64,000 nt of DNA from Callorhinchus milii. Its lineage: Eukaryota. The stretch is from contig NW_024704742.1 in NCBI RefSeq assembly GCF_018977255.1, forward strand, positions 135,224,001 to 135,288,000, written 5' to 3'. A program made the translations under genes and the position numbers. The notes below the pieces were generated by a model, which made no database searches, was not told the origin of the DNA, and saw nothing but the letters and a program-made list of their open reading frames with translations. This document shows, piece after piece, positions 49,718 through 60,761 of this stretch; position 1 is the first letter of the stretch; each line of letters begins with the position of its first letter.

Positions 49718-50280
49718 AACAACAACAACAACAAGATTCCATTTATAAAGCGCCTTTCACGTCAGGAGGACGTCCCAAGGCGCTGCACAGTTGGGTCATG
49801 ACGCGAGCAGGGGGAAATGGTCAGGGTGAGGGGAAGGAAGGAGCGAGGAGGGGGGAAATGGTCAGGGTGAGGGGAGGGAAGGGAGGGAGCGAGGAGGGGG
49901 AAGAGAGTCGAGAGGGGAGCTGAAGGCTCGGTCAAAGAGAAAGGTTTTGAGACCGGCCTTGAAGGAGGAGAGGGAGGAGGCAAGGCGAAGGCACTGGGGG
50001 ATGGAGTTCCAGAGCCTGGGGGCTGAGAGGCTGAAGGCCCGACCACCGATGGTAGGGCGGTTGGGGCGGGGGATGTGGAGCAGACCGGAGCCAGAGGAAC
50101 GGAGGGTACGGGCAGGTAGGTAGGGGATAGTAGGTCGGAGAGGTAGGAGGGAGCAAGGCCGTGAATGGCCTTGTAGGTGAGGATGAGGATCTTGAAATCA
50201 ATCCTCTGGGGGATGGTGAGCCAGTGGAGGCGAGCGAGGGTGGGAGTGATGTAGTCCCGAAGCCTGGTGCGGGACAGTCT
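49718..50280 (-). mobile_element. Young L2 LINE 3' end
   Basis: ORF 49762..50403: ITPTLARLHWLTIPQRIDFKILILTYKAIHGLAPSYLSDLL; (GTT)n tail at 49718-49735. Confidence 0.93.
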
Positions 50281-50727
50281 GCAGATGATATTGCCAAGCA
50301 GGAGCAGATAGATGGTGAAGAGGAGAGGATCGAGGATGGATTCTTGAGAAACAGGACTGGTGAGAAGATGCTGGGAGGAGATGGCAAAAACAACACGTTG
50401 CATTTATACTGTGGCCTTCAAGCAAAGTAGTGTACCGGAGAGCTAGACAGTGGTGGAGTCTGACCCTGAACCAGGGGGAGAGGCAGGGGGAGGTGACCGT
50501 AAGCACGATCAAAAAGGAAGGTCTTCAGGCAGGATTTGAAAGTGAGGAGGGAGGGGATAAGGCGAAGGGTTTCAGGGAGAAATTTCCAGAGCTTCTGGGC
50601 GTAGTGGCTGAAAGAACGGCCACCGATGGTGAACGGTGGGGCCGCGGGACGAATAGGAAGCTGGAACCGGGGGAGTGGAGGCAGCAGGTGGTGGAGTGGG
50701 GGGTAAGCCAATCAGATAGGTAGGGTA

Positions 50728-51350
50728 TCATAGAATCATAGAATTATACAGCACAGAAGGAGGCCATTCGGCCCATCATGTCTGTGCCGGCTCTTTGAAA
50801 AGAGCTACCAATTGAATCCTACTCCCCCGCTCTCCCCATAGCCCTGCAAACTTGTCCTCCTCAAATAATTATCTACTTCTCTCTTAAAAGCTATTATCGA
50901 ATCGGCTTCCGCCTCCCTTTCAGGCAATACTTTCAACTCACTGCATGAAACAATTTCTCCTCACCTCCGCTCTTTCTTTTAACAACTATTTTAAATCGGT
51001 GCCCTCGGGTTACCGACCCACCCACCAGTGGAAATAGTTTCTCCCTGTCCACCCTATCAAATCCCCTCATAATTTTGAAAACTTCTATTGAGTCTCCTCT
51101 TAACCTTCTTTGCTCCAAAGAGAATAATCCTAGCGTCTCTAACCTCTCCTCGTAACTGAAGTCCCTCATTCCTGGTACCATTCTGGTAAATCTCCTTTGC
51201 ACCCTCTCCAATGCCTTGACATCCTTCCTAAAGTTTGGTGCCCAGAATGGAACACGGTCTCTAGCTGAGGCCTAACCCGTGTTGTATAAAGGTTCATCAT
51301 AATTTCCTGACTTTTGTATTCTCTGCCCCTATTATAAAGCCTGGTATCCG
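50728..51350 (-). mobile_element. CR1 LINE 3' fragment inserted in an older L2
   Basis: ORF 50933..51211: LERVQRRFTRMVPGMRDFSYEERL...LFSLEQRRLRGD; (TTCTATGA)-type tail at 50728-50745. Confidence 0.93.
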
Positions 51351-51911
51351 GATGTACGAGGACATAAAGGGATTTGAAAACGAGTGAGAGGATCTTGAAG
51401 TCGATCTGTTCGAGACACCAATGTATGAGACAAAGTGGAGATGCTGGGTGGGAGAGGTAAGAGTGAAACCAGGAAAAGACAGAGCTGTGAAGGTGGGACA
51501 CAGAGCAGGCGTGACAGGATTAGAGTGGTCGACAAGTGTCGAAGGCGTCAGAGAGGTCAAGGAGAACGAGAAGGCAGAGCAAGCACTCTGAGATGCCACC
51601 CTTTGTGGAGGGCACGAGGTAAATGTAGGATATTGTTGCATTATAGTTCACGGGACTCAGATTTCAGAGCAACGCAGATTGAAGTAAACGCGGGGGCAGG
51701 CCACGATTGCTAGTTTGCAAAACTTATCAATTAAGTGATTAATTGCAACGTGCAATTTTGTATCCCATCAATAGAAACAGTAATAATTGTGTCATTCCCA
51801 GGCACCCTTTCATTATCAGCGAGGCACGCTCCACACAAAGGAGGGAGTGCACGGCAAATTGATTCCCATTGTTTCGCAGGGAGCTTGGGTGGGAATTTCA
51901 GACTCCTGCAG

Positions 51912-51975
51912 AGAAAGAGAGAAGACGAGAGACAGAGAAAGAGAAAGAGAGAGAGAGAGCAAGAGAGAGAGAGAG
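51912..51975 (+). repeat. (GA)n-rich microsatellite
   Basis: gagaaagagagaagacgagagacagagaaagagaaagagagagagagc... Confidence 0.85.
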
Positions 51976-52758
51976 TGGAACGTGATGAGGGAGGGAGGAA
52001 CTCCAAGATGGAGTTCCAGTGAGTTGGGGCAGATAGGCTGAAAGGCTGACTGCTGAGAGTAGGGTGGATTGGGCAGACTGGTGCCTTTTGATCAGCTGGG
52101 GAATAATAATAATAATCCTTGCATTTGATATAGCGCCGTATCACATCGTTGAGACGTCTCAAAGTGCTTCGCAGGACTAAAATGGATTGACTGTGATTGA
52201 CTGTATTTTGTGGGCAAAACATGGCAGCCAGTTGCACAAATGTTTGTGGATTAAAGTGATCAAATTATTATTATTTCACTCTGTGTTAGCTATGTTACAG
52301 GGGTGGGGAGGGAGAGGGAGGAGGGGTGGGTAGTGGGGGAGTGTATATATGTTCACATTCTACCACTGGGTCCAGGATCTGGGAACAAAGGCAAAAGACA
52401 GAAGTTGAATGAATGTTGGGATGGTTTGGATTTACTACTTACAAACCCTGCCACAGGTCAGATGTTAGGGTGAACCAAGACCGTGGAAGAATTTAAAGGA
52501 CTTAAAGGAGAAGCATCTTGAACTCGTTCCACACACCTTGACATCTGACTTGTGGGAGGGGTTTGGAAAAAGCAAATCCAAGATGTGCCGATTATCATTC
52601 TGATCCCTCATTAATTTTGTGGCTGTTTCGGGGACATTGCTGTGCAAAGAAAAAAATCACTCAGCCGCTTTGCAGTGACCCCTGTGAAGCGCTTTTGAAT
52701 GTCTCTACATCTTTATCTGAGCTTTTGGTCATCTCACTCTTCTGGTAGTTCAGCAGGT

Positions 52759-53078
52759 GTGGAGTCCTGTAGCTCAGTGGTTAGAGCACTTGCTTTGCAA
52801 GCAAGACACCTGGGTTCAATTCCAGACAGGGCGAAACCTTGGGCAAGTTTCCTTACTCCACACGCCTAATAATAATCCCTCCAAAAAACCCAAAACAATA
52901 ATAAATTGGTCATTTTCAATCTACGACTGTTTGTGGGACATTGCTGTGCGCAATTGGCTGCCGCGTTCGCCCACAAATATACAGTCAATTCACTTTACAG
53001 TATATTCTGTGAAGCGCTTTGGGACGTCCTCCCGACGTGAAAAGCGCTATATCAAATGCAAGGATTATTATTATTATT
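52759..53078 (+). mobile_element. Full-length young tRNA-Ala SINE, short form
   Basis: Differs from 29445-29767 at only about a dozen positions by eye. Confidence 0.92.
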
Positions 53079-53874
53079 TTTCTGGGGTAATAATCCCTTT
53101 AAAAAGATACATGTGGTCACTCAATTCCACGACTGTTTGCGGGACATTGCTGTGCGCAATTGACTGCCCACAAAATACATAATCAATTCACTTCACAGCG
53201 TATTCTGTGAAGTGTTTTGAGACGTATCAACAACATGATAAGGGACTATACCAAAATATTATTATTATCTTTAACATCCACCTAACAGACACAGACGAGA
53301 CTTCGGATTAACGTTTCATCAGTGTGAATTAACATTCAATGAAAATTGAATTACATTTAGTATGAGAGTTCTAATTTGATTATTGATAAATCAAGTAATT
53401 AATAAATTCATCTTTTTAAACACATGCCTAGTGTACATTTTATTTCAGCAAGTGTGTAGGCTTTAACCTGGATTTATTAGCTAGTGAACAATCAAACCTT
53501 AGGCAAGTTTCCTTACTCCACACGACCTCTGTTTATCTAGCAATAAGTAGAAACCCGGTTGTTAGTCAATTGGTGGATCACGTTTCGGGAGTAGTAATCC
53601 CTTCAAAGAAAAAAATGGTCACTCACTCCACGCTTGTTTGCGGGACACTGCTGTGCGCAATTTCGCCCACAAAATATACAGTCAATTCACTTTACCGTAT
53701 CTTCAAGTCGGATGCCTGGTTGAGGCTAGTTTGCTGGACTCACTTAAGACATCGCTTGAGGTTATCATTGGGCATGGGGGATATTGCTGGTAAATGGGGC
53801 CGAAAGAATGGCACTTAAAAGAGCCAGCACAGACATGATGGGCTGAATGGCCTTCTTGTGTGCTGTAACTTTCT

Positions 53875-54241
53875 ATAATAATAATAATCCTTTCGTCTGA
53901 TATAGCGCCTTATCCACTCAGTGAGAGTCACAAAGTGACTTCACAGGATAAACTGTAAAGTGAATTGACTGTATATTTTTTGGGGGAAACACAGCAGCCA
54001 ATTATGCACAGCAGTGTCTCGCACAGTTGCGGGTTGAGTGACCAACTTATTATTTTTTTAAGGGATTTTTACCTCCAGAAAGCGATCTGCCAATTGACTA
54101 ACAACCGGGTTCCTTCTTACAGCTCGGTGAACAGAGGCGTGTGGAGTAAGGAAACTTGCCTCGGGTTTTGTCCTGCCTGCCCAGGAGTCGAACCCGGGTC
54201 CCTGTTGCTTGCGAGGCGAGCGCTCGAACAAAAGGACTCCA
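53875..54241 (-). mobile_element. tRNA/Deu SINE, long form
   Basis: Complete reverse-complement element. Confidence 0.8.
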
Positions 54242-54737
54242 TGGACTTTCTACGGTTCGGAAGCCAGTAGGGCGGGTAGGCCCTTCACCATCCAAATGTC
54301 TCGCCGTCTCTTGTGAAGTTTTGACGGAGTCTTTCCATCTGTTAGCTGGAGGCTCGCTGCACAGTAGCAAACTCCCCATTCCCCCCCTCCTTCCCTTCGA
54401 CTTCACACATCCAAGCAGGTGGCATCAGGTGCACGTTTGCTTTATGACTTTGACCTTGTTGTCTTTCTCCAACACATCAAAGCTGACATATTGCTCTAAA
54501 AGCCTGTCGATGGGAATACAGGCGTTTGGGAAGAATTAAACCTGTGGTAAACCTGCGTGCAATTAAGCTCTCTCTCCGCACAGCTTGGGGCCCAGCAGAA
54601 TGTTTTCAATCACAAATTACTTTAACCCCTTCGCCGCCTGTAAGCTCCTCGCAGTTCACGTGCAGCTGTTTGGCGTTAGCTTGATGCCATCCCGTGCAGA
54701 TGTTCCCACAATTCATTGGGAAAACAGGACATGGTTC

Positions 54738-55123
54738 GTGGAGTCCTGTAGCTCAGTGATTAGAGTGCTGGCCTCGCTGAGCGAGAGGACCTGGGTTTGA
54801 ATCCCGGGCAGGGCCAAAATTTGGACGATAAAGTTTTTTTTTTACTCCGTACGCCTCTGTTTACCCAGCAGTAAGTAGGAACCCGGTTGTTAGTGGATTG
54901 GCGGATCGTTTTCTGGGGGTTACTAATCCCTTCAAAAAAGATTAGCCATAATAATAATTTGGTCACTCAATCCACGACTGTTTGTGGGACACTGTTGTGT
55001 GCAATTGGCTGCCACTTTTTGCCCACAAAATGTACAGTAAATTCAGTAATTCGGTGAAGCGCTTTGAGACGTCTCGAAGACGTGATAAGGCGCTATGTCA
55101 AATGCGAGGATTATTATTATTAT
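54738..55123 (+). mobile_element. tRNA/Deu SINE, long form, full length
   Basis: Head, cgcctctgtttacccagcagtaagtaggaacccggttgttag insert, body, tail. Confidence 0.88.
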
Positions 55124-56269
55124 TAATATTATTATATTGTTATTTACGGAGCTATTGTCTGGAGTCTGAGTGCAGAGAGAGTTATGCTGTGCGGTCGCTA
55201 CTTCTGGCTGCGATCTGCTTTGGAGAGAAGAAAACTGCGCAGGGGAAAAAAAATCCGCTGGCATCATTAAAGTACAATCAGTTCTCTTTATGGATCTGAC
55301 CATCAACTCCGCTCAGTTGGTAGCGCTCTGGCATCTGGGTCAAAAGGTTTCTGGGGTCAAGTCCCACGTCGGGACTTTGAGCTCATAGCCTAAGCTGATG
55401 CTACACAATTATAACTTCCTTGCATTTGATACAGCACCTTTCATGTTCTCGAGACATCTCAAAGCATGTCACAGGCTTTACTATAAAGTGCAGTGACTGT
55501 GTATTCTCTAGGCGAACACAGCAGTCGATTTGCGCACAGCAACAGCCCACAAAACAGATATGATCCAATGTTATCTTGGGGATTCCTGGCCAGGACACCG
55601 GAAGAGAAAAACTCCCTTCTCTTTTCGAATAGTGCCATGGGATCTTAAACACCCTCAACCATGCAAGCCAAAGCCTTAACGGAGAGGGTGGTCCTAGCTG
55701 AACAAGCAGCGGGAAAGCTTGATAGACAGTGATATCAATAGCAAGCTTTACGGTTTTAGATGGATCGATTCCAGCAGTATCCCAATAATAATAATATAAT
55801 AATAATAATATTTGCATTTGATATGACACCTTATCACGTTGTTGGGATGTCACAAAGCGGTTCACAGAATGTACTGTAAAGTATAGTGACCGTGTCTTTG
55901 GTGGGTGAAATGCGACACAGCAGTGTCCCCAAAACAGTTGTGGATTGAATGACCAAATTATTATTATATTTGATAATTATTACCCCCGGAAAGCGATTCA
56001 CCAATCGGCTAACAAGCGGATTCCTACTTACTGCTCAGTAAACAGAGGCATGTGGAGCCAACAAACTTGCCTAACGTTTTGCCCCGCTTGAGATTCGAAC
56101 CCAGCTCCTCTCGGCTTTGTGTGGGTGTGCGAGTGTGTGTGTTATATATTAGGAGATGATTAATATGATTTATGCCACGAAAGGAATAAGGATACTTGCC
56201 AAAGGTTTTGCCTCGTCTGGGAATGAATCAAACCTGGGTCCTCTCGTTTGTATGTGTGTGCCTGTAACA

Positions 56270-56515
56270 ACCTGAACACTCTGGGGTCCCCAAGACAGGG
56301 CTGCTACCAACCCTCGCCTAATACTTTCCGGAACTAGGTAAGCAGGATGTGTTCCTCCAGGGAGAGAGAGCGAGAGCGCATTCCAATCCAACAGTCTATC
56401 TCTGGGATTTCCATGTGTAGGTGGGATGCATGGAATTCTCAGTTTGGATTGGACACTCGTAAGCAACGGTGATGGGTTTCCGCGTGTGTTGGACACCCGG
56501 CTGACGCCTAAAAAA
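56270..56515 (-). mobile_element. Old interspersed repeat (possibly MER131-like); related copies at 33170-33395 and 39093-39120
   Basis: Shared ttccatgtgtag.tgg.atgcatggaa.tc...gtttgg.ttgga...ggtgatggg block; family name is from memory only. Confidence 0.55.
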
Positions 56516-57829
56516 TCTTAAACATAAAATCTTAAACTCGGTTTCACGTCTCATCCAAAGGACGCCCCTCCGATAATGCAGCACATCCCCCAGCACTGCA
56601 ATGAGGTGCCAGCCTGGACTGTGAAAGAGTCAGAAGGTTGTGGGTTTAAGTCCTGACACGGGGACGTGAATCCATAACCATCTTGACTTCAGTTGCATTT
56701 GGTGACTGAGCCAGACTGATTGTGGCAGCAAAGTCATGTTTGTTCTAAATTTATGAAGCAAAAATCAGAGCCAGCTCTTAATACTGTTTTTTTGCTGAGG
56801 AACCACAGCAAGGCACAATAATAGTGTTTAGGAATTCAGATCAGAAGCACTTAGCGGGTTTCCTGGTTCTCTTGCAAATGATTAATTGCCTCATTCAAGA
56901 GGTGTGAAGGTGTGACAGTAGGGGGTCCTCTGCAGACATCTCAATCAAAGCCTGGCTCCCCTTCCTCAAGATGGTTCTTTACTTGAATCCAAAATATCTG
57001 GAATAATAATAAATAATAATAATCCTTGCATACATAGCGCCTTATCACGTCTTCGAGACGTCTCAAAGCGCTTTGTAGAATATACTGTGAAGTGAATTGA
57101 CTGTATAGTCTAAAGTGACACTCCATTGTAGTGTCTGTATCGCGCCTTGGGCTGTCCTCCTAACGTGAAAGACGCTATACAAATGTAATTTTGTTGTTGT
57201 TGTCGGAGGTATCGCCTTTCCCGTGAGACGTTAAACCGATGACTCATCTGACTGTTCAGGCGAATGCTAAAGATAAAAGGGCGCTACTCGAAAAGAGAAG
57301 GGAGTTTCTTTCTCCCACTGTCCTGGTCAACAATCCTCCAGATCAAGATTGGTCATTCACTCCATGGCTGTGTGTGAGAGGGACATTACTGGGCGCAAAT
57401 TGGCTGCAACAAAACATACCGTCACTACATTTTACAGTGAAGTGCTTTGGGACGTCCTCCCGAAGACGCTATACCAAATGCAAGGATTATTTTATTATAA
57501 TTATAGGGCTTGTGGATGTCACAAAGGACAGTATGCTATAAAGTGTACTGACTGTATTTTGTCTGTGAACACAGCAGCCAATTTAAGTGTGGCGATGTCC
57601 CAAATAGAGGAGATATGAATGACCGTTTTTTTTCCTCTGGGAGAATAGTGTCATGGGATCTTCAACGTCCACCTGAAAACAGACGGGTTTAACGTCTTAT
57701 GTGGAGGATGGCACCTCCGACAATGCAGCTCTCCCTCCATCACTGCACTAGAGTGCCAGCATCGACTATGAGTTCAAAGTCCCAAACGGTGGGACTTGAA
57801 CCCACAACCTTCATCACTCAGAGACGAGA

Positions 57830-58683
57830 ATGCTACTGAACATCAACAAGACCGAGACTTTCCTGATTGGCTCCCGCAGCGCCTCCTCAGGCACTGATAG
57901 CATCACCAACCATGGTTGCACACTGCACCTTGCTAAGCCAGTCCAGAACTTTGGGGTTTTGTTTGACCCTCAACTATCCTTTCTACCCCACATCTGCGCC
58001 ATGACCCGCTCTGCCTTCCCCCACCTCCGCAACACCACGACGGCTCTGACACTGTCTCACACAGCAGGCCATCAAAACTCCCATACACGTCTTCTTTACA
58101 TCGAGGCTCAACTATGCAAACTCATTGCTTGTTGACCTCCCTCCACAGGCTGCAGATCATCCAGAACTCTGCAGCCCGTGTCCTCTCCCGCACTAGGTTC
58201 CGTGACCCTATCACCCCCATCCTTGCCCAACTCCACAGGCTTCCCATCACACAGAGGATACAGTTCAAGATCCTAGTCCTCACCTTCAAAGCCCTCCACG
58301 ATCTTGCTCCCCCTTACCTCTCCGACCTCTTAACCCCCTACCATCCTGCTCACTCCCACCGCTCAGTGGGCTCCGGCCTGCTTCATGTCGCCCGCCTTGC
58401 TTGCCCCACTATTGGCGGGTGGGCCTTCCATTGTTCTGCCCCCTCCTCTGAAACTCCATCCCGCAGTGCCTCCATCTCGCCCCCTCCCTCGCCATTTTCA
58501 AGACCCACCTCAAGACCCTCCTCTTCAACCGTGCTTTCAATCTCACTGCTTTCCCTCCTGCCCTCCAACCTCCCCCAACCCCAGCTCGGGTCCGTAACTC
58601 TATCTGTCCAGCGCCTTGGGACGTCCTCCTGACGTGAAAGGCGCTTTACAAATGTCATTTTGTTGTTGTTGTTGTTGTTGTTG
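57830..58683 (+). mobile_element. L2 LINE 3' end
   Basis: LNINKTE, NFGVLFD, LQIIQNSAARVL, FKILVLTFKALHDLAPPYLSDLL motifs; (GTT)n tail. Confidence 0.93.
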
Positions 58684-59179
58684 ATTGAGCCAGGCTGACA
58701 CATTATATTACATTAGTGGTGAGACTCTTGGATAAGGGGGAACCAAGGCAGGGAAGGGGGGGAAAGCCTTTTTGTCAGTGGAAGCACATTTTTGGGGGGG
58801 ATTGGGAAGAAATGGAACAGTAGGGCACACACCTGGGTAACCCCGCAGTTGGGAGGAATGTTACATTAATTAGGCTTGGCTGTGAAACCGGCTTCCTGCC
58901 TGCTGGATTCCGCTGAGTTAGAGACATTGGGAATACCGACATCAAATTCCTGGTCCTGGGTGAAAACATCTGCCAAGGAGATGGAGCTAAGCTTTGGGAT
59001 TCAGTGGCTTTGCATTGTCCAGAGGTAATCTGTGCCTAGATTTGCAAGGCAGAGACACTGTTATATTGCTTAGAAGAGATAGAGACTGTGCGCACACGAA
59101 CACCTGTACAATACAAAGTGATGAAGAGTCTACGGCTAAAAGCAAGTATAGTAATAATACTGATCACAAATTGGCTGCC

Positions 59180-59410
59180 ACAACAACAACAAATTACATT
59201 TGTATAGTGCCTTTCACGTCAGGAGGACGTCCCAAGGTGCTGGACAGTCAGGGATCCGCAACTGAGCTGGTGGTTAGGATCAAGAGGGGTGGAGGGCGGG
59301 GAGGGTAGGGGTAAGAGGGTGACCGAAGGCGCGGTCGAAGAGGAGGGTCTTGAGATGGTTCTTGAAGGAGGCAAGGGAGAGGGCGGGGCTGAGGGACTGT
59401 GGGATGGAGT
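59180..59410 (-). mobile_element. L2 3' tail
   Basis: caacaacaacaaattacatttgtatagtgcctttcacgtcaggaggacgtccc. Confidence 0.85.
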
Positions 59411-60447
59411 TGTGGGATGCTATCAAGGTATTATTATTATCCTTGCGTCTGATATAGCGGCTATAACATCGAAACACTTCACAGGTACACTGCTGCCAAG
59501 GGTAGTGATTGTATGCAGCAATTTTCCACAAACAGCCATGAAGTGGTGACCAATTTTATTTGGGGAATTGCTGGCCACTGGGAGAGAAAAACTCCCTTCT
59601 CTTTTCTGATAGCGCCATGGGATCTTTATTTCCAGACACCTGACCAGACAGTTGGGCCCTCGGTTTAACATTTCATCTGATGCAGAGGCAAGAGTGTAAC
59701 TGACTGAGCCAGGTTGACAAGTATCAATATTGTGGCATGCCCAGGGAGCTTTGACCAGGTTGCACAATGTATATTAGATATTACGTAGTGAAACTGACGT
59801 TTCTTCTTGCTTTGCGTATCAAACAGGAAGTGGCTGTCGGTGACCCGATGAAAGGGAAGTTGACCATTTTTGTTTTAGCTCAGGAATTGTCACAGACGCA
59901 GGAAAATCCGCTACCAACCATGGATGCCAACTATATTGTTATAACATGGCTTAACTGTAGCTTAAGAGAGAATTAGATAGATATCTAAACAGCAACAATT
60001 AGCAGCGTTATGGGGACAAGGTCACAAAGTATACAGTCAATTCACTTTACAGTGTATTCTGTGAAGTGCTTTGAGGTGTCTCAATTATGTGATAAGGCGC
60101 TATATCAAATGCAAAGATTATTATTATTATAATACAGCCAAATAGATAGGACTGAATGAATTGCTCTTTCAGCACAGACATAATGGCTTTCTTCTCTGCT
60201 GTAAAGTTTTATGGTTCCACTTCATGGCTGTTTTGGGTCATAGCTGTACACAAATTGGCTGCCATGTTTCTCCTACAAATACATAGTCGCCTCCCAAGCG
60301 AGAGGACCTGGGTTCGATTCCCGGCAGGATGAAACGTTGGGCAAGTTTCCTTATACCTAGCAGTAAGTAGGAACTAGGTTGTTAGTCGATTGGCTGATCG
60401 CTTTTCTGGGGGGTAATAATTCCTTCAAAATAAACTTAAAAAGAAAG

Positions 60448-60761
60448 TAATAATAATAATAATCCTTGCATTTGAATATAGCACTTTTTCACATCTTCTA
60501 GACATTTCAAAGCGCTTCACAGAGTAGACTGTAAAGTGAATTAACTGCATGTTTGTGGGCGAAACGTGGCAGCCAATTGCGCACAGCAGCGTCCCACAAA
60601 CAGTCGTGGATTGAAGTGACCAATTTTATTGCTTTTTTTTGAGGGATTATTATTAGGCGTGTGGAGTAAGGAAACTTGCCCAAGGTTTTGCCCTGACGGG
60701 AATTGAACCCGGGTCTCTCGCTTGCAAGGCGAGTGCTCTAACCACTGAGCTACAGGGCTCC
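60448..60761 (-). mobile_element. Full-length short-form SINE inserted antisense into a long-form SINE (60290-60885)
   Basis: Host head 60290-60447; host body resumes at ~60768. Confidence 0.88.

Noticed and set aside
44927..58683. RT-like ORFs as host genes or intact LINEs
   Set aside because: All are short, 5'-truncated, frameshifted L2 or CR1 fragments.
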